From positions 1 to 15,549 of the forward strand of contig JBDHII010000077.1 in the NCBI GenBank assembly GCA_039587515.1: a DNA stretch of 15,549 nt, read 5' to 3'. A model generated the notes under the pieces. That model was given only the letters and a program-made list of their open reading frames with translations, was not told where the DNA came from and did no database searches. The translations under genes and the position numbers were made by a program. Shown in pieces: positions 1 to 6,841 of the stretch (positions are counted from its first letter, which is position 1; every line of letters starts with the position of its first letter). This stretch comes from Gemmatimonadota bacterium. GTDB taxonomy: Bacteria > Gemmatimonadota > Gemmatimonadetes > Longimicrobiales > Gaopeijiaceae.

Positions 1-382
1 CCGGCTTCTCGGCCCGGATCTTCAGGTGGAAGTCGTCGGCGACCAGATCGAGCGCCAGCGACTCCACGGAGAAGAGTGCGTACGCCAGCTGGGTCTCGTC
101 GCACTCGCCACGATTCCTGCGCTTGTCGAAGCTCAGCGTGTGCATGGCGTAGCGGAGGAGGGCGATCCGGTAGACGATCCAGTCGTCGCTCTCCTTGAGG
201 GAGAAGCAGCGTTGTCGGATGAGGCGAACGGCCGAGAGGATCTTTCGGAAGCGGAGATCCCACTTCGCGAACTTCAGCGTATCGGGGAGCTCGTCGGCTT
301 CGGACGGAATCCGCTGTGTGAGCAGGTACTCCTCGAAGACCCTGAGACGCGGCAGGTCGTCTGGGTCGAACGCCTTGCTCAT
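1..382 (-). CDS. Hypothetical protein, partial. Its N-terminus is at 382 and it runs off the left edge of the window.
   Basis: Hand translation of the reverse strand from an ATG at 382..380: MSKAFDPDDLPRLRVFEEYLLHQRIPSEADELPDTLKFAKWDLRFRKILSAVRLIRQRCFSLKESDD..., open to position 1. GC3-rich codon usage matches its neighbours. It starts 8 nt after the stop of the upstream APH-like gene. It is absent from the ORF track because no stop lies inside the window. I did not recognise a family. Confidence 0.45.
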   Translation of the reverse strand, partial: MSKAFDPDDLPRLRVFEEYLLTQRIPSEADELPDTLKFAKWDLRFRKILSAVRLIRQRCFSLKESDDWIVYRIALLRYAMHTLSFDKRRNRGECDETQLAYALFSVESLALDLVADDFHLKIRAEKP

Positions 383-390
383 GACGAACT

Positions 391-1830
391 TCACGTCGTT
401 CCGAGCTTGGCGAAGTCCAGTTCGAGAGGATGAACGCCGCTGTGGGTCCAGTCGATGAACCAGACGTTGTCGCCCTCGTCACAGATGACGTTCGCGAGGT
501 TCAGGTCGCCGTGTTGGAGGCAGGTCTCCGACTGGACCGAGTCGGGATTGCGCGTGACGAGCCGTACGAGACTCTCGAGCTGATCGAGATCCACGGGCTC
601 GACGGGCCCGCCCAGCTCCTCCACGTATCCCAGAATGAGCTCCCCGTTTTCGCGGAGCCATCGGACCTGCTGCTCGGACTGCAGCCCGAGGCCGCGGAAG
701 GGGGCGACGGGAGCCCGGTCCAGGGTGTTCCCGTAGAGCTTTCCGCAGAGCAGGTCGAGCGACTTCTCCAACCGGCTCAGAAAATGTTGGACGGAGGCCT
801 CTCCCGCGGCCGTCTCGAAGTGGTCCTGCAGCGTCGTGGGACGACCCTCCATGGCCGCCAGCTCCATGCCGACCCCGAGCAGCTCTCCCTCCGTGACGGG
901 ATAGCCGAACGTCGGCACGTGCTTGCCGAAGAAGTCCTTCACCTGATGGTACCCGTCCAACTCCCTGCGCATCTGGGAGAACGCGTCGATCTTGATCACC
1001 ATCGGCTCGGTCCGCGCGTCTCCCATCCAACCGTCGGCCAGGAAGAGAAGGCTGCCGCTGAAGCCGCCGGCCAGGGCCCGAAGGTGCGTGCGGGTCCAGT
1101 GCATGCAGATCATCTGCACGATCCGCTGCGCCTCGTCCGGCAGCTGTGCCTGCGCTTCCGGAGGCCCGATCTCGCAGGGCCGGGCAGCCTCGAGACCGGC
1201 CGCCGCCGGATCGACGTCCACCCAGCGGGCGGCTTCCTCGAGATCCAGGAGGACGCGCACCCCGGAGCGGGGAAGCGTGTGCCGGAGCGCGGCGAAATGC
1301 GCTTCCGATGTGGCGCTACCCACGAGATGGGGGCAGATCGCGACCCTCTCGAAACCCAGAACGCTCCTCAGGAAGGTCGCGACCGCCTGGACGCGCTTCT
1401 CGGTGTGGCAGCCGACGACGAGAAACGTCAGGTCCGCCTCACCCTTTTCGATGCTCCGGACCTCGGCTCCACTGACCTCCGACACGACCCGGAGGAAATC
1501 GCGCCAAGGAATCAGCCCGGGTGAGCAAGAGATGCTCGGCACGCCCTCGGCGAGCTCCTCGAGGGGTTCGACCCACTCGCTGAGCGTGCCGGCCGATTCG
1601 GAGTGCGCACCGGCGGACTCCGCCTCCTCTCGCAGGAGGATCAACCGTGTGCTCGCACCCGACTCGGCAGACGCCCGGATCAGGCGAGGGAGGGGCCCGT
1701 CCCCGTACGCCCGACCTCGACCCATGAGGCGGGCGATCTCCCGTGCGCCCAGATTCGACGGGAGCCCGTTGAACTGCTTCTCCGGGCTCAGCGTGGAACG
1801 GACCAGGCTGTCGGCGACGACGATGTTCAT
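391..1830 (-). CDS. Two-domain protein: an unidentified ~220-aa N-terminal domain plus a C-terminal APH/ChoK-fold phosphotransferase (aminoglycoside phosphotransferase / homoserine-kinase-II-like).
   Basis: ATG start at 1830. The C-terminal motifs are GGFSGSLLFLADG...VIKI (nucleotide-binding region), the Brenner motif HGDLNLANV (HGDxxxxN) and FIDWTHSG (the metal-binding D), which are diagnostic of the APH/ChoK kinase fold. The N-terminal half (MNIVVADSLV...LTFLVVGCHTEKRVQAVATFL...) did not match a family by eye. The stop at 391 is 8 nt before the next minus-strand ATG. Confidence 0.7.
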   Translation of the reverse strand: MNIVVADSLVRSTLSPEKQFNGLPSNLGAREIARLMGRGRAYGDGPLPRLIRASAESGASTRLILLREEAESAGAHSESAGTLSEWVEPLEELAEGVPSISCSPGLIPWRDFLRVVSEVSGAEVRSIEKGEADLTFLVVGCHTEKRVQAVATFLRSVLGFERVAICPHLVGSATSEAHFAALRHTLPRSGVRVLLDLEEAARWVDVDPAAAGLEAARPCEIGPPEAQAQLPDEAQRIVQMICMHWTRTHLRALAGGFSGSLLFLADGWMGDARTEPMVIKIDAFSQMRRELDGYHQVKDFFGKHVPTFGYPVTEGELLGVGMELAAMEGRPTTLQDHFETAAGEASVQHFLSRLEKSLDLLCGKLYGNTLDRAPVAPFRGLGLQSEQQVRWLRENGELILGYVEELGGPVEPVDLDQLESLVRLVTRNPDSVQSETCLQHGDLNLANVICDEGDNVWFIDWTHSGVHPLELDFAKLGTT

Positions 1831-1840
1831 GCGTTATGAC

Positions 1841-3151
1841 CTAGAGGATGCAGCCGTCCGACACCAGGTCGGCCAGCTTTTCGGACTTGTCAGACGAGAT
1901 ACGGCGGAGGACCTCTTTGAACTCCGGGTAATCCGCGCGCAGCCGATTGAAGGCCGTGCTCGGCAGGAAGAAGATGTCACAGTGACTCAAAGCGTACACC
2001 GAGCCGGTCCGGCGCTCCCCCAGCAACAGTGACAGGTCGCCGAAGTAGTCTCCTGCCTCGAATTCCCCGAAAGACTTTGTGTCGCCCTCACCCCTGATCG
2101 CAAGCCGGCCGCTACCGACGAAGTAGAGTCCGGTGGCCACCTCCCCCTCCCGCACGACGTAACTGCCGGGGACGAACACCTGGGGCTCGAGGTGCATGAG
2201 GAGCGCGTTGCGAAGCGGCTCATCGGCATGGGTGAAGAGGGGAACACGCTCCGTCAGGTCCCGGGTGAGATGGTAGAGGACGTCGAGGCGGATCGGGTCG
2301 GGCAGGTCCTCGAGAAACCGCTGGGTGCTCACCCCCCGGTGCCGATCCCAGAGGTACTCGTAGTAGGCCTGGACCTGGGCCTGCAGCTCGAGGGGAACGC
2401 CTCTGTTCTGCAGGTAGCGGTTCACGCCCTCGACGCGGTCCCAGAAGGTGGACTTCGCCGCGTCGATCGCGCGGACGAGCGAGGCGATGCTTCCGATGAT
2501 CAGCGCGTACATCGAGGCACCGACGATCATGACGACCAGCGTGAAGAGATACTCGGCGTTGCGCGATGGAGTGATGTCTCCGAATCCCACGGTCGTGGTC
2601 GTCACGAACCCCCAATAGAGCGAGCGAAGGTACTGGCTGCCGACGTCCAGCGACTCGATGCCCGCGAGAACCACCCAGGAGTCCGCCGGGAATCCCTCCA
2701 CGACCGCGACGAGAAACCACCCGCAGGCGATCCAGTGGATCAGGACGAAGACGCCCACGACGAGCTTCGTGATTCTCAGATAGCCGGTGTTCGTGGAGCG
2801 CAGTCGCTCCCAGCCCCGAAAGGCTCGGAAGAGTCGGCCGATGCGAAGGAGGCGATTGGTCCTGAGCAGGAGCGCGAGCGGGATCCCGCCCAACGTGGCC
2901 GCGGAGCCGAGGAAGAGGAGATCGATCGGAACGGTGCCCGCAACGTCTGTCCAGAAGCCCGAGCGGCGGTATCGCCGAGCGATGGCTTTACGGTCGTGGA
3001 CCTCGGCTCCCCCGGCTCGGAACGGCGTGCGAAAGCCGAGCCGAATGTCGATCAGAAAGGCGAGGTCCAGCAGGTAGACGATCAGGCTCCCGACGAGGCC
3101 GACCTGCCGAAAGAAGGCGATCTGGGCGGGCACCACGACGACCGTGGCCAA
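1841..3151 (-). CDS. Cyclic-nucleotide-gated K+ channel (6TM, CNG/HCN-like; SthK/LliK/MloK1 type).
   Basis: There is an S4-like arginine ladder (LLLRTNRLLRIGRLFRAFRGWERLR) and a K+ selectivity filter (TTTVGFGD). A C-linker follows with eukaryote-like CNG/HCN spacing (YYEYLWDRHRGVSTQRFLEDLPDPIRLDVLYHLTRDL...VPLF...QVFVPGSYVVREGEVATGLYFVGSGRLAI). The CNBD phosphate-binding cassette is present (FGEFEAGDYFGDLSLLLGERRTGSVYA). The start is TTG at 3151 with no SD. The frame stays open upstream but contains no other start codon. Confidence 0.85.
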   Translation of the reverse strand: MATVVVVPAQIAFFRQVGLVGSLIVYLLDLAFLIDIRLGFRTPFRAGGAEVHDRKAIARRYRRSGFWTDVAGTVPIDLLFLGSAATLGGIPLALLLRTNRLLRIGRLFRAFRGWERLRSTNTGYLRITKLVVGVFVLIHWIACGWFLVAVVEGFPADSWVVLAGIESLDVGSQYLRSLYWGFVTTTTVGFGDITPSRNAEYLFTLVVMIVGASMYALIIGSIASLVRAIDAAKSTFWDRVEGVNRYLQNRGVPLELQAQVQAYYEYLWDRHRGVSTQRFLEDLPDPIRLDVLYHLTRDLTERVPLFTHADEPLRNALLMHLEPQVFVPGSYVVREGEVATGLYFVGSGRLAIRGEGDTKSFGEFEAGDYFGDLSLLLGERRTGSVYALSHCDIFFLPSTAFNRLRADYPEFKEVLRRISSDKSEKLADLVSDGCIL

Positions 3152-3252
3152 GACCGCACCGGCGATGAAGAGGTCCCACCCGGCGCGAGATCTCGACCCC
3201 TCGAGGATCGGGGGGTTGGGACGAATCGGTGCCTCTGGGGCGACCTGCCCGC

Positions 3253-3585
3253 TCAGAAGCCCTCCAGCGCCTCGGCCTCGGAGGGGAAGACGGCGAAGAT
3301 CGTGCTGAACCCGGAGATCTCGAAGACTTCGGCCACCGTCTCGTTGAGGCCGCAGAGTCTCAGGTTTCCGCCGGTTCCCCGGAGCTTCTTGGCCGTGGCC
3401 AGCAGCACGCGGAGACCGGCGCTCGAGATGTAGTCGAGGTCGGTGAAGTCCACCAACACCTTCGCGACCCCCTGTGCGGCGAGGTCGTCGAGGCGCTCCT
3501 GTGCCTCGGGCGCGGTGTTGGTATCCAGGTTCCCCTCGACTTGCACGACGGTGACGCCGTCGGCCTCACGAAGTGAGATGTTCAC
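3253..3585 (-). CDS. Anti-sigma-factor antagonist (single STAS domain, RsbV/SpoIIAA-like).
   Basis: 110 aa. The motif ...LVDFTDLDYISSAGLRVLL... carries the phosphorylatable Ser context seen in SpoIIAA/RsbV. The GTG start at 3585 is preceded by a GAGGAGGA SD. GTGA overlaps the stop of the upstream PP2C-kinase gene. Confidence 0.85.
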   Translation of the reverse strand: MNISLREADGVTVVQVEGNLDTNTAPEAQERLDDLAAQGVAKVLVDFTDLDYISSAGLRVLLATAKKLRGTGGNLRLCGLNETVAEVFEISGFSTIFAVFPSEAEALEGF

Positions 3586-5279
3586 GCATCCTCCTCATCG
3601 GTTTCGATGCCAGAAAGGTATTTCACCAGGACCACCACGTTCCGGTCCGTACGTCGGGTGTAGGACACCTCGTCCATCAAGCTCTCGACGAGGTGGATGC
3701 CGAGACCGCCGATGTCGCGCTCGTCGATCTCCAGAGCGGTGTCCGGGCTCGCCCGCCCGAAGGGGTTGAACGGCTGCCCGTCGTCGGTCAGACGAACGGC
3801 GAGCCGATCCGACGAGAGCTCGATGTGGACGTCGATCACGTGCTCTTCGTCGTCGGTGTACGCATAGGAAATGACGTTGTTGAGCAAGTCGTCGAAGACG
3901 AGCTTCAAGCTTCGGCGGACCTTCTCCGGGAGGCCGTGCTCGGCCGAGAACGCTTCGAAGGCCTCGTTGACCCGGTCGATCTCCTCCAGACGGTTCGCGG
4001 CCTCGACGTGAAGCACGTGAATGTCCGCCGCCCCCCCGGCCCGCCCGACGAAGCGGACAGCGAGAACCGTCACGTCGTCCGCCTGCTCGGCCTCGGCCTG
4101 GAAGCGCCAGACGTCCTCGGTGGACGCCGCCACCATGTCCTCCACGGTCTCGAACGGCTTCGAGTCCAGGATCTCGACCAGACGGTCCTCTTCGTAGAGC
4201 GTGCCGTCCGGATCCATCGCCTCGGTCACGCCGTCCGTGTACAGGAAGACGAAGTCGCCCGACTCCAACTGGCCCTTGGACTCTCCGTAGACCAGCCCGT
4301 CGACCGCGCCGATCACCGGCCCGTGCCGCTTGTCGAGCCGGATGCTCTGACCGTCCGACCGCTTCAGGTACGGCGGGTTGTGGCCCGCGTTGGTGTAGAG
4401 GAACTCGCCGGTGCTCACATCCAGGATTCCGAGCCATAGCGTGACGAACATCGCCGAGTCGTTGTTCTGGGAGATCTCGTCGTTGACATGGGTCAGAATG
4501 CTCGCCGGGGAAAAGTCGTTCGTCGCCCGGGATTTGATCAGCGTCTTGGTGACGGCCATGAAGAGCGCGGCCGGGACGCCCTTCCCCGAAACGTCGCCCA
4601 CGCAAAAGCAGAATCGGTCTTCGTCGATCAGGAAGAAGTCGTAGAAGTCCCCGCCCACCTCCCTCGCCGGCTCCAGCGTGGCGAACACGGTGAAGTCGTT
4701 GCGGTGCGGGAACGGAGGGAACTCGAGTGGGAGCATGCTCATCTGAATGTCCCGCCCGATGTTCAGCTCGCTCTCCATGCGCTCCTTGGCCGTCGTCGTT
4801 CGACGCAGGTTGTCGAAAGACTCCTGCAGCTCGCGGTTCTTGACCGTGAGCTCGCCCATCAGCGCGTCGCGACTCTTCTCTTCCACCATCGCGCGCAAGG
4901 CCGCGAGCCGACGCTCCGACAGCGCCGCCTGATTCAGGCTGGCGAGATGCAAGCCGAGCCTGAGAGCGGGCTCTCCGTCCACGCGCACACGGTGCACGTT
5001 GTCGAAGAAGGCTGCCGCGAACTCCCCGTCGACCTCACGGTCGACGCCCACGAAATCGAGGACGAGTTCCGGCATCACCGCGTCCGGGAGGACCCGCACG
5101 TCGATGCGTCCCGCGTCCGACATGCGCTCCACGACTCTGTAGAGCTGTGAGGTCACCGAGGCGATTCGGCTCGCCAGCATTCGGTCCCCTGTCAGCTCCT
5201 CCAACACACGCTGGACCTTCCGGCGTGCGTCGGAAACGGAGCCGATCCCGCCCCCCGTGATCGTTCCGACGTCGATCAT
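3582..5279 (-). CDS. Three-part signalling protein: an unknown N-terminal domain (~150 aa), a PP2C phosphatase (SpoIIE/RsbU type) and a C-terminal RsbW/SpoIIAB-like GHKL serine kinase (anti-sigma-factor type).
   Basis: ATG at 5279. A coiled-coil lead-in (ELNIGRDIQMSMLP) precedes the PP2C metal-site motifs GGDFYDF, GDVSGKGVPAALFMA, YTDGVTEA and DDVTVLAV. The C-terminal HATPase_c motifs are NNVISYAY (N box), DDGQPFNP (D/G box) and GGLGIHLV (G box). ATGA overlaps the upstream gene and GTGA overlaps the downstream STAS gene. Confidence 0.85.
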   Translation of the reverse strand: MIDVGTITGGGIGSVSDARRKVQRVLEELTGDRMLASRIASVTSQLYRVVERMSDAGRIDVRVLPDAVMPELVLDFVGVDREVDGEFAAAFFDNVHRVRVDGEPALRLGLHLASLNQAALSERRLAALRAMVEEKSRDALMGELTVKNRELQESFDNLRRTTTAKERMESELNIGRDIQMSMLPLEFPPFPHRNDFTVFATLEPAREVGGDFYDFFLIDEDRFCFCVGDVSGKGVPAALFMAVTKTLIKSRATNDFSPASILTHVNDEISQNNDSAMFVTLWLGILDVSTGEFLYTNAGHNPPYLKRSDGQSIRLDKRHGPVIGAVDGLVYGESKGQLESGDFVFLYTDGVTEAMDPDGTLYEEDRLVEILDSKPFETVEDMVAASTEDVWRFQAEAEQADDVTVLAVRFVGRAGGAADIHVLHVEAANRLEEIDRVNEAFEAFSAEHGLPEKVRRSLKLVFDDLLNNVISYAYTDDEEHVIDVHIELSSDRLAVRLTDDGQPFNPFGRASPDTALEIDERDIGGLGIHLVESLMDEVSYTRRTDRNVVVLVKYLSGIETDEEDA

Positions 5280-6376
5280 CGCGTCTTGAAACGACAGACG
5301 ACCACGGTCGCGTCGTCGTGTCTCTTTCCGTATCGGCCCACGATCTTCTCGGCTACGGTTTCGGCCGACTGGTAGCGCAGCTGAGGGTAGTCGTCGAACG
5401 TCGTGCGGTCCGAGATGCCGTCCGTGTGAATGATCAGCACGTCTCCCTCGGTGAGCCGGGCTGAATCGACACGGACATTCTTGACCTGAGAGCCCACGGT
5501 GCCTGCCGTGGCCGTGAGCCGCAGGGCTCGCTCTCCCTCGAGTCGAAGGACCGTGTTCCCGACCGCGGCATAGCGTGTCGTTCCCGAAGACAGCTCGATC
5601 CAGCAGAGAGAGACGGCGGCGCCTACGGTCTCCCGAAGTCGCTCGTTCAGCTTCTTCATCAGGTGACCGAGATCCGAGGTGGGCTCGCGCCGCACGTACC
5701 GTGTCGCGGCCTTTGCCGCCCCGTTGGCCTCCCTTCCGTGGCCCAGGCCGTCGACCACCACGATGAGCACGCCGTCTTCCACTTCGGTGACCGCGACGCC
5801 GTCTCCGCTCACGAGCTCTCCGCGACAGGGCCGGTTCACGTACGCCACCTCGAGCGGCCGGCTCTCTGCATCACCGGCCGGAAAGAGCAGGTTGCCTCGA
5901 TCCGTTCCGCGTTCCGAGAAGGCCTCGCTCCCGGTGACGGCGGCGGGCAGCGAGACCCGCCTCGGAGGAGAGACGGATTCGAGCCACTTCTGCACGACCA
6001 CCGTCGTCCCCTCACCGGTCTTGGATTCGATCGAGAAGTCGTCGACCATCCGCCTGACCCCCGGCAACCCGAGGCCGAGCGTCCCGCTCGAGCTGAAGTG
6101 ATCTCGCAGGGCCTCCTCGACGTTCTCGATACCCGGCCCCCGATCGGCGACCGTGATCTGCATGCCGCGACGGCTGCCCGATTGCACCTCTTCGATCGTG
6201 ACGCGACCGAACTCGGCGTACTTGAGAATGTTTGTCGCCAGCTCCGACACGACGGTTCCGATCGAGCGACTCTGCAGCTCGTTGAACTCCATCTCGCGCG
6301 CGAACTGCGTTGCCGAAACCACGGCGTGGGTCACGTCCGGATCGGTCCGGATTCTTCGCACGGTTCTACTCGGCAT
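5276..6376 (-). CDS. Fusion protein: an RsbT-like serine kinase (N-terminal) joined to an RsbX-like PP2C phosphatase (C-terminal).
   Basis: The N-terminal ~135 aa align by eye to B. subtilis RsbT: SELATNILKYA...TIEEVQSGSRRGMQITVADRGPGIEN...GLGLPGVRRMVDDFSIESKTGEGTTVVVQKWL. The C-terminal half aligns to RsbX: VSGDGVAV...VVVDGLGHGREAN...AAVGNTV...DVLIIHTDGIS...DDATVVVC. The start I chose is the ATG at 6376, which overlaps the end of the RsbS gene by 11 nt (gATGccgagTAG). The Arg-rich extension in the ORF track (start 6532) looks out-of-frame and is probably not translated. Confidence 0.8.
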   Translation of the reverse strand: MPSRTVRRIRTDPDVTHAVVSATQFAREMEFNELQSRSIGTVVSELATNILKYAEFGRVTIEEVQSGSRRGMQITVADRGPGIENVEEALRDHFSSSGTLGLGLPGVRRMVDDFSIESKTGEGTTVVVQKWLESVSPPRRVSLPAAVTGSEAFSERGTDRGNLLFPAGDAESRPLEVAYVNRPCRGELVSGDGVAVTEVEDGVLIVVVDGLGHGREANGAAKAATRYVRREPTSDLGHLMKKLNERLRETVGAAVSLCWIELSSGTTRYAAVGNTVLRLEGERALRLTATAGTVGSQVKNVRVDSARLTEGDVLIIHTDGISDRTTFDDYPQLRYQSAETVAEKIVGRYGKRHDDATVVVCRFKTR

Positions 6377-6839
6377 CGTCCTCGTCGACCGACGTCGCCT
6401 CAGTGGGCGCCCCCGCCTCGAGCTCGGTATCCGCTTCAAGGTCGGACTCCCCCTCGCCCGCGGGCTCCGTACGGCGCAGCTCCGCCATGCGTGCGAAGGC
6501 ATCGTCGAGCGTCGCGGTGGCCTCCACACCACGCGTATCCGCTCCCAGGTCGATCAGGGCCGAGACCACGCCGGGCTGGAGGCCGGATACGACGGTCACG
6601 GCGCCGAGGAGCCGTGCCATCCGCATGGTGTCGCGAAGCGCCTGAAACTCGACCGAGTCCATCACCGTCACGCCCGACAGATCCAGAATGACACCGCGAG
6701 CTCCCGAAGCGCGGACGAACTCGAGCAGCTCGTTGCGGAAGGCGCTGAGAATCCGGTCGTCCAGATCCACCTGGATCGACGCGACCACGCACTCCTGGGC
6801 CAGCTGGAGCGGGATCTTCGACGCTTCCTCCGTACTCAT
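6366..6839 (-). CDS. rsbS: RsbS-like STAS protein (stressosome core antagonist) with an acidic C-terminal tail.
   Basis: GVILDLSGVTVMDSVEFQAL...LLGAVTVVSGLQPGVVSALIDLG aligns with the B. subtilis RsbS segment VVIDLTSVDMIDSFIAKVL...GIQPAVAVTLIELG and conserves the phospho-Ser. ATG at 6839. The start lies 2 nt after the rsbR stop. Confidence 0.85.
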   Translation of the reverse strand: MSTEEASKIPLQLAQECVVASIQVDLDDRILSAFRNELLEFVRASGARGVILDLSGVTVMDSVEFQALRDTMRMARLLGAVTVVSGLQPGVVSALIDLGADTRGVEATATLDDAFARMAELRRTEPAGEGESDLEADTELEAGAPTEATSVDEDDAE

Positions 6840-6841
6840 CT

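Noticed and set aside
26-433. 135-aa plus-strand ORF at the left edge.
   Set aside because: The opposite strand carries a better candidate (ATG at 382 with tight 8-nt coupling to the upstream gene and consistent GC3 bias). The plus ORF would be the only plus-strand gene in the window.
479-1030. Nested minus-strand alternative-frame ORFs (479..1030, 2220..2720, 3595..4605, 8758..9264, 10587..10994, 13172..13942, 13510..14211, 14780..15313, 15060..15533).
   Set aside because: These are out-of-frame overlaps of well-supported genes. Their translations are Arg/Gly/Pro-rich junk without motifs.
3152-3252. Looked for a terminator between the rsbV-like gene and the channel.
   Set aside because: Only a loop-less CCTCGAGG palindrome and short GC stems are present. 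With no U tract I could not call either a terminator or a promoter.
6377-6532. Arg-rich N-terminal extension of the RsbT-RsbX ORF (track start 6532). The same applies to the extension of rsbR to 8011 and of the cyclase to 15528.
   Set aside because: The extensions overlap the preceding genes for more than 150 nt, have junk composition, and internal starts with SD (or a short coupling overlap) give N-termini that match the homologs (MPSRTV.. like RsbT; MAGHY..; MPLFLDIHR).
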